A stretch of 34,384 nt of DNA, taken from assembly GCA_900088475.1 (NCBI GenBank), contig FLMG01002853.1:1-34384 (forward strand), read 5' to 3'. This document shows positions 24,001-34,384 of the stretch, piece after piece. Every line of letters starts with the position of its first letter. The first letter of the stretch is position 1. The translations under genes and the position numbers were made by a program. Source of the DNA: Hyphochytrium catenoides. Taxonomy: Eukaryota > Protista > Hyphochytriomycota. A model generated the notes under the pieces. The model did not search any database, was not told the DNA's origin, and saw nothing but the letters and a program-made list of their open reading frames with translations.

Positions 24001-27000
24001 ACTTGATAGTGTTGCGGCTTCCTCAGAGCGTCCTTCCGCTGGCCTAGCCGAGCAGCACCCGTCGTGGGGCTCACTGACATTGCCAGATCCTGATCTAATG
24101 GCCGCTCCTTATTTTGCCCGTACCGCCCTTGCTCTACAGCTGTCGGAGACGTTTTTGCAAAGGATGATGGCTTTATATGTATCCTCTCACTATAAGAACC
24201 AACCTAATGACCTCCAGCTTATGTCAGACGCACCCGCGCACCAGGTAGCCCCACAGACATGATCCTAGCTTTAGATAGCAGCTGATCCCTCGACTTCAAT
24301 TTTCCCCATATCTAGTCTTAACTAAGGGTATCCGCCTTTTGGTTGGGCCTGTTCTCCTTTCTGAACTTCTGTTTCTGCAGCTCTTCGTGTTGCTTGGCCC
24401 TCAAGCTGAAGCTCAAGGCAATGACGGTGGCCTGCCAGACATTCTATGTGTGGTGCAGGTAATATGATCTCTGCCGTTCTCATTGCTTTTTTTTTTCTTT
24501 TTAAGCCGTCTTACTTCTTTGCCCACTTCTCTTGGATAGGTTGCTCTCGAGGGGAAAATCAGCCGCGAAACACTGCAGTCTTCTCTTGGACGTGGACAAC
24601 GCGGTGCCGGAGATCTCATTCCGTGGACCATTGCCCAACAATTCCAGGACCAAGAGTTCGCTGCATTATCGGGCGCTCGTGTCGTCCGTATTGCTGTGCA
24701 CCCAGATGTACAGAACATGGGTTATGGAAGCAGGGCTCTAGAGCTTCTCGCCAGGCACTATCAGGTACGAAAAGCACGGGCATGGGGGCACCTTTATAGA
24801 TCAAACCGACGCAAGGCAATGGACAAGACAATCGGTTGCCAGGAGCGTCCCTCGCTTCTTACCAGGACCTCCTACCACGGCGCACACATTTCATAGCCAG
24901 CCCCACATTGTTCATTTGTTCATTGACATTGTTGACTTGAATTTAATTTGCCAGTTGTCATCTTACAGGGCTCTACTTGTCTCGCACATCCGTTTGTTCA
25001 GCTCCTCCTCATTGTGCGTCTTTCCGTCCTTTCCAGGGGTTACTGTGCTCTCTGGACGAGGATCAGGAAAGCCTGGAGGAGCCGCCGCCCGCTGGCTCCG
25101 GAAGCGAATCCTCAGATGAGGAAGAAGAGTCATTGCTGTTGAAGGTTTGACAAGCAAGGCGCCATGACTTCCTTCAAGCAACGCATGTGTTGTCATGGTT
25201 ATTATTGCTCTTCGACCCAGCACCACGCCGTTGCGATCTTGCTATCATCTGTCCCGACATCGATACTACCTACCTCTTCCCCTGACTCCGAGCTTAGACT
25301 CACTCCCCCCTTCTCTTGATTATAGGAGAAAATCAAGCCCAAAAAACAGTTGGCTCCCCTTTTGGTTCCCTTGCCAGAGAAGAAGGCCGAGCGTCTGCAT
25401 TGGTTCGGAGTCTCATTCGGCCTCACCCCGTCTCTTTACAAATTTTGGAGCAGAGGAGGGTTAGTTGGAGGCCTTTGATTTCTGTTCTATCGCATGAGAC
25501 ATCCCGAGCTTGCGCGTCTTTGGATATTGGAAAGCTCGTGACTTAATTGGGATCCCAGCACCTTTAATTAGCCAGGGACCTTTCACTCTTTCTGCTATCT
25601 AGCCTTTGCCACCTCAATCACTAACTGTGGGGGGGGGCTAACTCTCTCCCTGACGTTTTAGATTGAAACCCCTTTATGTTCGTCAAACGGCGAACGAATT
25701 AACAGGGGAGCACACAGCGATCATGGTTAGAGAGCTGAAGGGAGATGACCTGCCAGAAGCTCCAGCTGAAGGATGGCTGCAGGGCTTTGTTGATGATCTG
25801 AGGGTACTGAGCAATATGCGCGTTACGCTCTTATCTCATCGGTCATTTCTCCGTCGTTGACTCAATTGGCAGTTATCTGGACTCTTATGAGACCTCGCCG
25901 GTGTTTGTACCTGTTCACCATCACGTGGCCCTCTGTATACATCAGTATCTCCTGCTTCCACCGCTGTGGGTGATCACCTTGCCAGCCTCGCTCAGACATC
26001 TCACGGCTAACATCACTTCTGCGCAGCGTCGCCTCCTCTCTCTACTCTCATTTGAGTTCCGGTCATTTGAGACATCGACAGCTTTGAGCCTGGTGGCTCC
26101 TCCATCCTCGTCCGAGAGCGGTGGCTCCAAAGAGCTATCACCCGAGGAGCTTCGAGTTTGGATGACTGGACATGATCTCAAGAGGCTAGAGTCCTATGCT
26201 AGGAACCTGGTACGCTACGGCTATTATCTGAAATGCCCTGCCATAACTCTCTTCGCTATTGACCTCACGCGCTGGTGTTGCTAAGATTCCTTTTCGCTTG
26301 TCTTTAAAAGCTTCACTAACTTACGCCGATGTCTGCCGTTGGTCTATTTGAATATAGGTGGACTATCATATGGTTGTCGATCTGCTCCCGCTGCTCTCTC
26401 GCCTGTTCTTCCTTGGCCGCCTTCCCTCTGTTTCGTTGTCTCTGCTTCAGACCACAATCCTTTTGGGCCTGGGTCTTCAGCACAAAACAGTGGACCAACT
26501 GCAGGCCGAGTTATCTGTACCATGTAAGGCAACTGAGCTGCAAGGGTCAGCGAAGACACTGAGAGTCGATAGACTAGGAGAGCTTTCAAGCAACAACTTA
26601 GATTGACCCGTCCCTTTGCCAACGTCTCTGCTCGCTCTACTCTTCAACTGTATAGCCCACCAACTACTCGCGATGTTCAACAAGGCGATCCGCAAGCTTA
26701 GTACTGCTCTTAGAGAGCTGCAGGAGAAGGAGGTGGAGAAAGAGATGGATTCTTCCTATATCAAGGCCAGAAACGTAGAGAGAAAGGCAAAAGAGATGCT
26801 CCCCACTCTTTCAACGCTGAAGGAGGACCAGGAGAGCGGAGGACGAGAGGCGACTGAGGAACTCCAGCAAAAACAGAAAGCTCTAATTGAGTCGATGGAC
26901 CTCTCCGCGTATGAACACTTCTTCTCTCTATGCATTACACTCTCCTGCGTTATTTGCAGCCGCAGCTCTGCTTGCTATTTATCTGATGGACCGTGGGCCT

Positions 27001-27336
27001 CCCACCAACTTTACTTCCTCTTCATCGTTTAGCAAGGTCACCGTCTTTTCATCCTCATGTGATCTTATCGCCAGTGCGCATCTATTAGCATCCACTGACT
27101 GCTAAATCTCTATGTTTAGGTTCGCTATCGGAGGCAAAGACGAGGACTGGGAGAAAGCACTGAAGAACGGGGTAAAGGGCACTGTCAGCATCAAGTCAGA
27201 TAAGGCTAAAGAGAAGGAGAGTCAAAAGAATGGAAAGAGAAAAGAGGCAGATGCTGGAGAGGAAAGAGCACAGGGAGAGAAGAAGAGCAAGAAGCATAAA
27301 CCCTCTCAAAAGGCGAAGAAGAACAAAGGGAAGTAA
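20510..27336 (+). CDS. NAT10: RNA cytidine acetyltransferase NAT10/Kre33 (18S rRNA/tRNA ac4C)
   Basis: About 20 GT-AG exons: MPRKKVDERVRTLIEN, VLWCYKKELGFS, QDFEALTPNLLARTIETVEGGG, RFNQRFILS, Walker A TAARGRGKSASLG, IDEAAAIPLP, SSTVNGYEGTGRSLSLKL, SHYKNQPNDLQLMSDAPAH, GDLIPWT, GNAT RIAVHPDVQNMGYGSRAL, LTGEHTAIM, Lys-rich tail ending TAA. N gap at 23857-23902. Confidence 0.97.
20903..20996. repeat. (CT)n microsatellite in NAT10 intron 2
   Basis: Seen directly. Confidence 0.9.
23857..23902. other. Assembly gap within NAT10 coding region
   Basis: Run of N. The frame differs across it, so the gap length is only an estimate. Confidence 0.97.
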
Positions 27337-27843
27337 TGCTTTTGCATGCTTCTGTAAGATCGAGGACGGGGCACGAAGCTAAATGATACTCTTTTCTTCA
27401 ATATCGCAATGCGACCACCTTTATGTCACTCCCGCTTTGGCCATATATCTATGGGCTGCTCCTCGGCTAGTGCCCATCTCGGCCTTACTGTGGTTCGCAG
27501 AATTGCGGATGTGTCGGCAGGGCCTATATTGTTGACTGTGCTAGCTCTTTGATGTGAGCCTTATGTACGAGTGGGTCAGCAGATCGCCATTCACGATAAT
27601 AACTCGCTTCGAGAGAGTTACTACTGGTGATTTGAACATGCTTGACCACACCTGCCGCCTCTCCGCCCGCGGCTTGATAAATATATATATCCATCCTTTA
27701 TCCCGTGTACCACTAGACACGACTGTCTTCTATATATTTCCTATGATACTAAGGCTCTTTTGCTAAGGCTCTTGCTTCAAAGGAGGCTATATTCGGGGTG
27801 AGCTATGGTTGCTCGAGTGCCTACGACTTTTTGCATGTGCTCC

Positions 27844-30800
27844 TCAGAGATTGAGGAAAGAGACCACTTTTTCTATGGCTGCATTTTGATACACGTGGCT
27901 CCACTGGACCCCGTTGTGCCTTGCTATACCCTGGATGTCGGGGGGAAGCTCCGATAAGGCCGGCCACTCAAACTCATGAGTCACTGGCACCACTGTTTTC
28001 TGCCACTGTATAGCATGGGCGATCTCTTTCCGAACCTACATAACGGGACGAGTTCAATAGTCAGAACCTTTCTAATCTGAATAAAGGTTCGCTCCTCCAA
28101 AGCTGAGGTCCCATAAGCTATGATGCTGGGCGTATAGCCTGGCTTCTAGATTTCTACTGGTACGATTTGTCTAGACCAGCCAACGCCGCTCTTTCGGTGC
28201 AAGGAGAGGAAAAGGGGAGGACAGAGAGGACAGTAAAGCAGAAGATGTTTTGGACGTACCCAGTCACTGTTCATTGGATCCTCTATGCATCGGTCCAGCG
28301 AGCCTTTGGTCAGTATAACGACCACATTCTTTGAGCACCGTAGATACTCCAAAAGGGAGTTGTCGAACTGCGGTCCATGGAGCATGGGACAGAGGATCAT
28401 TAGGGGATGGGAGGAAGATGTACAGCAGAATGAGAGGGTTGAGCTCATGCGGTCCACAACCAAGGAGGAACAGCAAAACACTCTCCGCTTATTGAAAAAC
28501 AAGAATACTTCCGTCCAATGGCCGCTTCCCAGCAAGAAGATAGAAGTGCTAAGGCCCGCTCTCGTACCTGTCCTGGACCCAGATTATCAACGTCGAGGAA
28601 GACTCTTAGCCCCCTCTGCGTAAGACAGACCTACAGGGGTGAACAACGAACGTAAGAACCTGCTACCTTCTCCGTCTATAGAAAACGCTTAGCCCTTCCT
28701 ACAGCCCGCCAGGGCTTTTAGTGGTTCACAAAATCACCATTCTAAGTTAGCTTCTTCTTTCTTTCAATCAGGTGCATCTGCAGTGTGAACCACCTCCTGG
28801 GTGCGGGCTTGCACAACCACTGAGGATCTTACCTTGATGAGTTGGGCTAACTGGCTCCCATTGGATCGCCGGTAAGAAATAAATACGTCCACAGCAGTCT
28901 GGCTGGGTGTTCTGATCAGGCCCAGGCCATGCTGGCCATCTGCCGACTTTCTCTCTCCCTCCTCTGTCAGTCGCTTTATATCCCTAAGAATGCGCAAGCG
29001 GTGGACTCCGTGAGAGATCCCCATATCTCGCAGCAACTCATCTGTTAACTGCGGAAGGATCTCGCCTGCAATAGCGGGTGAACACGCAGCACGTCATTAG
29101 GAGATGGAGAGATATGTCTTCAATTGGTAAGACTCAGAATTTGATCGTTGAAAGGGAGAGGCGAAACCAGAGCAGTGCAGGTGCCGGTCCAAGCTAGGCA
29201 AAAGCGAACCAGCCCTAAAGTTACGAGCAAAGTCGAACGGCAGAGGAAGGATGACGCTTGTAGATGAGGGTGAACAATCAAGACCTACCATCCACCCAGG
29301 CTTCAAAGAAGTTCTGCTCATAGCATGCAAATCGTTGCCTTCGTACCCAACGGCAAACATCTTCCACCGTCCAACTGTCTGTGCTTTTCTCTTGGGCGTC
29401 CGCTTCGCCTTCCTTCTTTCCAGCTTCATTATAGTCCGGCACTCTTTCCATTAATCTCCTCAAAAGATCAGCAGCGAAGCGGTAGATAAAAGCGTCTGTG
29501 TCCATGGCGCAATCCTGAATTACCGCCATCGTCTCTACAATGTCGATCGGCAACGTGCACAAGGTAAATTTAGTGACTCAACTGTACCCGTACAACCAGA
29601 AGACGTAGGATAGCTCAGCTAGAGATATTAGGGATCGGTGTGGAAGGCATCACTCAATTCGCAGCCATGGGTCTAGGCAGATGGAAGGTGGGCCTATAGC
29701 GCCAATGTTTGAACGTGTGACCCTTGTGAAAAGAATCAGCCAAATTGAAGCACGGATACTTAGAGGTAGATTCACCTTCTCTCCTGAGCAGATCGCCGTT
29801 CTCCGGTACACTCTTGATACAGCGACCAATGCGGTTAAGAGCCGCAATACCTACTAGGCGAACGACTGGTAGGTCCTTTCTCCATGCTAAACGGACAAAG
29901 CTATCGCAGTTCTTGGCAGTCCAAAGGATGTAGGTGAACAGCGCGCCAAAGTCTGCGCTTGTGCGTAAATAGCGCGCTACTTTGTGCAACGCCTGGCTCT
30001 TGCGCACGTAAAAGGCTGACGAGTCATGAAGACACATTAGGGCAATAACTCGACAGGCACCGAAGGCGATATCATCCGTAGCTGCAAGGAGCGGAATGAG
30101 CCACTCATGGGCCTGTTAACAAAAAGTAAGCAAGCATTAACCCATCAGCTTCCCAACGGATAATGCGAGAAGAGCGAGATGTACTCTTCAACCGACTAGA
30201 TTAGGGGGTACCATCACGCTTAGCAACCGACGGATTGTAAAAGAGGGGGCTAAAGGAAGCAGAGCAAGGAAGAACTTGAATGCGCTGGCAGCAGGGAAGA
30301 GAAAAGAGGGCACGACGAGGCTTCACGCTTGGCGCGGTCCTTGACCTAGGACGGACCTGAAGCTTGGCCAGCTCCAAGCAATAGTCCTCAACTAGGCAGA
30401 AGTTGTTGATTGCAATTAGGGCGGAAAGCTCCAGTGCCGGGTTTAAGGACTTGCAGCAGTCAATCAACGAAGGAAAGGTCCCACAATCTCGTAGAAGTGG
30501 AAGCTTATCGTCAAAGAGCGCGAGGCGGCTAACGATTGAACACGCGTTGAGTCTGCACCAATTTACCGAGACGAGAGCACAAATACGAGGTGTCAGCCGA
30601 CGAGCCTGATGGCTGCTATTGCCAGGGAATCACCAGGTCTACAAAGACTCTAGTCGCAGAAAGCTTGTTCACACTCACCGGGTTCGGATACAGTGGCCAA
30701 ACCCTAATAGAGAGACAAGGGTTTGCAAGCACCTCTCATGAGTAACGCGAAGGGTCCTCTCGTCGCTGTGGCGAATGAGGTTCCACAGCGCCTCTACTGC

Positions 30801-32735
30801 AGCAGACTGGGCATCACCCGGCAGTAGATCATGTTCGATCATCAGCTGCAGCAGCTCCACACCGCCTAGTGTGTCAACAAGATCATCAACGGAGTTACGT
30901 CTTGATGAGGGAAGTTCGCAAAAGTGACAAAGTGCAATAGAACTGGGGAGCAGCGACACCAAGGAGACTTTAACTGGATTGTCGCAACGGAGATGCTTAG
31001 TCTAGTCGGACATGGCGATTAAGAACATAGAGAAGAACTTTGCAAGCCACTAACCTGCCGCTGCAATCTCTTCTCTGATCTTGTTCTCAAGCCGTCTTGC
31101 TTCCTCTTTACCCCCGTCCGTCCAAGCAGACCACCGCAACAGGGCATATGACCCATTGCGGAGTACGGTTTCTGAGGAAACCTCCGCCTCGGGCACTCCT
31201 TCTGAGTGCTCGTCTATGCATCTTAGAGCGCTGGCACCAAAGATGCTATCCACCCGTCCCCAAGCATATCGAGGAGGGGCGGAAAGTGTTCTGTGAGGTG
31301 ACGACGAGAAGTTGGTGGCTTCCTCATCTTTGGCTTGCTTCTGCAACAAGCAGAGATCCTCCATGCAATCCTGGGTATTGCAGAGCGCAGGGAGTGAACG
31401 CCGCATCAAGGCGCAGATCCTTTTTATCTCGGCCCTTTCTTCGTCAGGTGCCAGCATTCCTGGCACCCCTGCACAGCCGACCACCCTTCTGTACAGTTGG
31501 TCATCGACTCCAGGGCCTTTTCTAAAGCCCAAGCCATAGAGGAGTCGCACCGCAGCAAACTCCTCCACAGTCGGATCCCGTCCATCCCTTCCTTCAAACT
31601 GCCCGTATCCCACCCCTACAGCTGGATATGCTGCATGGACTTTCCTTCTCCTTTGCCTCGCGTGGTATTTTAACGCACTAACAGCTAGAGCGCGGCCAAT
31701 TCCTTGGCGCCGCCTCTCTGGTTCAACGCAAAGGAAGTCCAGTGTCCCATCCTCCTGCGTAAAGACTGTGTCTGCTAGGACGAGACCGACCACCCGACTT
31801 AGAGAAAACTTGGCATTGGAAGACACCTCAAGGGCAACGACAAGATTCTTGCTATTCTCAAGGAGAATTTCTATCGCTTCATCTTCAGCTAAGGTGTCAG
31901 GGAAGCTCCTTATTAGAAGCTGGAGAGAGGACAACGGCAGCAATGATCAGCTCCGATGAAGAAGACGAAAGAACGGATCAGATTGACGTAGGATGTAGAC
32001 GAAGCTCGGACATGCCCTGTGGCGGGGAGAGAGTTGGACGCGCTGCTAGGTGCAGCAATATAAAGAGACAGGAGAGGGTGCATGCCATTCAAAGAGGGGA
32101 AGAGAGCGAGAGAGAGACAAAAAGAAAGACTTATAACCGCGAGGCAGAGATTGATACAAGGGAAAGGATAGAAAGAGCAACCTAAGAGATCCGCAGACTA
32201 AAGTTAGAGAGGACGGGCGTATGGGTATGTTACTGAAGTCTTCTGACGAGGGACGAAGGGCATTGAATTGGCTCCTTACCTGCTTGCACTGTTGCTGCAG
32301 CTCCATCGAGCATGCCTCGAGCTGCCCTACCCACTCCTCTTGGTCCTTGACCAAGTCATAGGCTGACCCCAGCTTGATCCCCTGCGGCAGCTTCTTCGAT
32401 GAGGGCATTGCAGAGGGGATGAGGTCAAAAACCATGGAAAAAGAGCAGTCAAGCCTGTCTCTTTCTCTGTCCGAGGAGGAAGAAGTGAGAGAGTGGAAGG
32501 AGCTTGATCTCTTCAGGGGCAACTCTGAAAAGTGCGCAGACGTAGAGCTGTCAACTGGTCCCTCCACCTGGTTATGTCTATGTCCAGGTGTCCCCGCCCT
32601 CCAACTGCTCTCGACCGCCCGGCGGATGGACGATGAGGAGGAAGAAGCGGAGCCCTGAGACGTCATAGCTGGCACCGCGCCAATCTCTGAGAGCTGAAGT
32701 CTGGGAGGCCCAATACTCTGTTTGATTGTCTCCAT
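27844..32735 (-). CDS. SARM1-like protein with N-terminal GNAT domain: GNAT-ARM-SAM-TIR, ~996 aa
   Basis: Ten phase-consistent GT-AG exons: 32735-32280, 31919-31055, 30973-30679, 30552-30357, 30112-29776, 29534-29289, 29065-28833, 28630-28568, 28367-28260, 28035-27844. TIR: DVFISYRRSNGSQLAQLIK..VFLDVDNLGPGQFD..SLDRC..DWVRKEIAHA..FEWP..LPPDI..NGVQWSHVYQNAAIEKVVSFL. SAM: WTVEDVCRWV..F..VDGEILPQLTDELLRDMGI..HRLRILRDI. ARM: AHEWLIPLLA, LLRRLMERVP. GNAT: LCVEPERRRQGIGRAL. The start codon is tentative. Confidence 0.88.
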
Positions 32736-32835
32736 GTCTCGCTCCAATCGCGGCTCCCAGTAAGATTGATTCCTAAGGGCTGGAGTCTCTTTAACTGTCC
32801 TATCTGTCGCCAGCTTCTCGGTCCTCTCTTCTGTC

Positions 32836-32902
32836 TCCAGCTTGTATGTCTCTTCAAAGCCTGCCTATCCAGCTTGTATGTCTCTTCAAAGCCTGCCTAT
32901 CC
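32836..32902. repeat. Perfect two-copy tandem duplication, 32-bp unit, upstream of the SARM1-like gene
   Basis: TCCAGCTTGTATGTCTCTTCAAAGCCTGCCTA at 32836 and at 32868. Confidence 0.95.
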
Positions 32903-33425
32903 CTGTATCTCCGACCGTCTGCGTGTCTCTTTCAATATTCTGTGAGCTCTTTCCAGGTGTAGAAGGCTCTGTAGCTATCTTTGTCTCGTGTCAACCGAGT
33001 ATCCTAGTTGCTTTCTGATGTCTTCTCCCGTCCACCGGTGATAACGGATGAGCGCTTCCGGTGTTGAAGGCTCTGGATGATGCACTTGATTCTTATCAGA
33101 CTCTGAGGCCTGCCTGCCTGGCTCTTACCAGTGCGTCCAAGAGGAAGCGCTCATAAGGTCGGCCCGAGTAGATTCTTCAAGAAGGTTGCCAGCGTTGGTC
33201 TCTCCACCGTCTCCTCATGAGGAACTTGGGCCGGTTGTGTCTCACGACGGACCCGTTTGGTACCTCTTCCACATCCAGGCGAGGGGCTTGTTGCTTGTTG
33301 CCCCTGACGCGGTAGACGTTGTTCCGACTGGCCCCACTTCTGCAGGGCGTGTAACCAAGAGGGAAGAAGGAGGGAGGGAAAGCCTGCTGTGGGGAGGAGA
33401 GAGGCAACATCGAGAGCATTGCTGA

Positions 33426-33525
33426 GAGGGAGGAAGAGAGAGAGAGAAGGGGGGAGAGANNNNNNNNNNNNNNNNNNNNNNNNNNNNNNNNNNNNNNNNN
33501 NNNNNNNNNNNAGAGAGAGAGAGAG
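33426..33525. repeat. (GA)n tract spanning N gap 33460-33511
   Basis: Seen directly. Confidence 0.85.
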
Positions 33526-34384
33526 GATGAAGACATGCCATTGTTACGTCATGTGAAGATACCTAAGCCAACGCCGCGCGCAGATTCTGGAAGGCAGTAG
33601 TAATGGCGCTTCTCTAAAATTCTACCTTTGAAACGTTGTCTCTCTAGAACTAGTGTGCGTGTGTTCTTATGTACCCCTTCCCTAAACCTATGCCGCTGCC
33701 ATCATCCTTAAACGCTGTTTTGCGCTGTCTCTCCTGCGCCTGCCCACATCTCCCTTCACTGTTCCTTCACTCTGTCTCTCCTCACAACCGCTGACCTAGA
33801 GAGGAAGTATATGTTCTCCGGTGTCTTTCTTCGTTGGTGGGCAAAGGACAAGGATTGGAAGGTCTCATGTCAAGACATCAGTTGAACTTCTTCTCTGAGC
33901 GCTCATCCCAGCGCCATCAGTCGCCAGAGCCACGGTCCAAACTGTTCTCTCCCATAGTGGAGACAGGCCTGAGAGCTTTGTTCCTTGCTGTGGCATGGGT
34001 TGGCACTAGAGTTCCTTAGAGCGCCAGCAACTGTCGAAGGTACTTTCAATACCCTTGCGTACAGGCTTGACGATAGCTGAGGTTGCGCCTCGTGGTCCCT
34101 TGGAGTGAGACCAAGAGTAGATGAGAAGCGGCCGGGCTCAGGATAGATAGGAGAGGTAGACGGATATCATTCAGCAGTCAGCAGGATTTGAAAGTTGCTC
34201 TCAGGGTGAACACCCTGAGGGTTGTGCTATTGATGCCAAGAGCGGCTCTTCTTTTGCTCTCTACTTATCGCCGCTTAATCCATTCGTCATTAAGTCGTCT
34301 TCTAGCTTCTATCAGATCTCTTCCTTGTTGAATACCTTTATTGAGGCCATCGTGCCCTTATGACAGAGTTACGGGACAGGGAAC

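Noticed and set aside
20618-27119. Intronic snoRNAs in NAT10 or other RNA-processing genes
   Set aside because: No convincing box C/D pair with terminal stem was seen by eye. An Infernal/Rfam or snoscan search would be needed.
24680-31740. GNAT of the SARM1-like gene derived from, or functionally coupled to, neighbouring NAT10
   Set aside because: No similarity beyond generic motif A, and adjacency of eukaryotic genes is weak evidence.
1-34384. Alternative genetic code or non-canonical introns
   Set aside because: All reconstructed genes use GT-AG junctions, have no internal stops, and end in TAA, TAG or TGA.

Overview
Intron-rich eukaryotic genomic DNA (probably a protist; standard code, GT-AG introns, abundant GA/CT microsatellites, five N gaps). 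Seven spliced protein-coding genes can be reconstructed by hand, on strictly alternating strands: RluA/RPUSD2-type pseudouridine synthase (-, truncated by the window start), CobW/COG0523 GTPase (+), P5B-type ATPase (-), holocytochrome c synthase (+), VPS72/YL1 (-), NAT10/Kre33 (+) and a SARM1-like gene (-). Two items stand out. (1) The SARM1-like gene splices into a ~996-aa protein of architecture GNAT acetyltransferase - ARM - single SAM - TIR, with the NADase catalytic Glu intact. (2) A 2.55-kb deleted Ty3/gypsy LTR element (two LTRs, 4-bp TSD, PPT, decayed PBS) has its gag/RT region replaced by an inverted copy of part of its own integrase gene, giving a ~385-bp stem hairpin; this resembles a 'killer'-type silencing trigger. 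The last ~1.6 kb could not be assigned.
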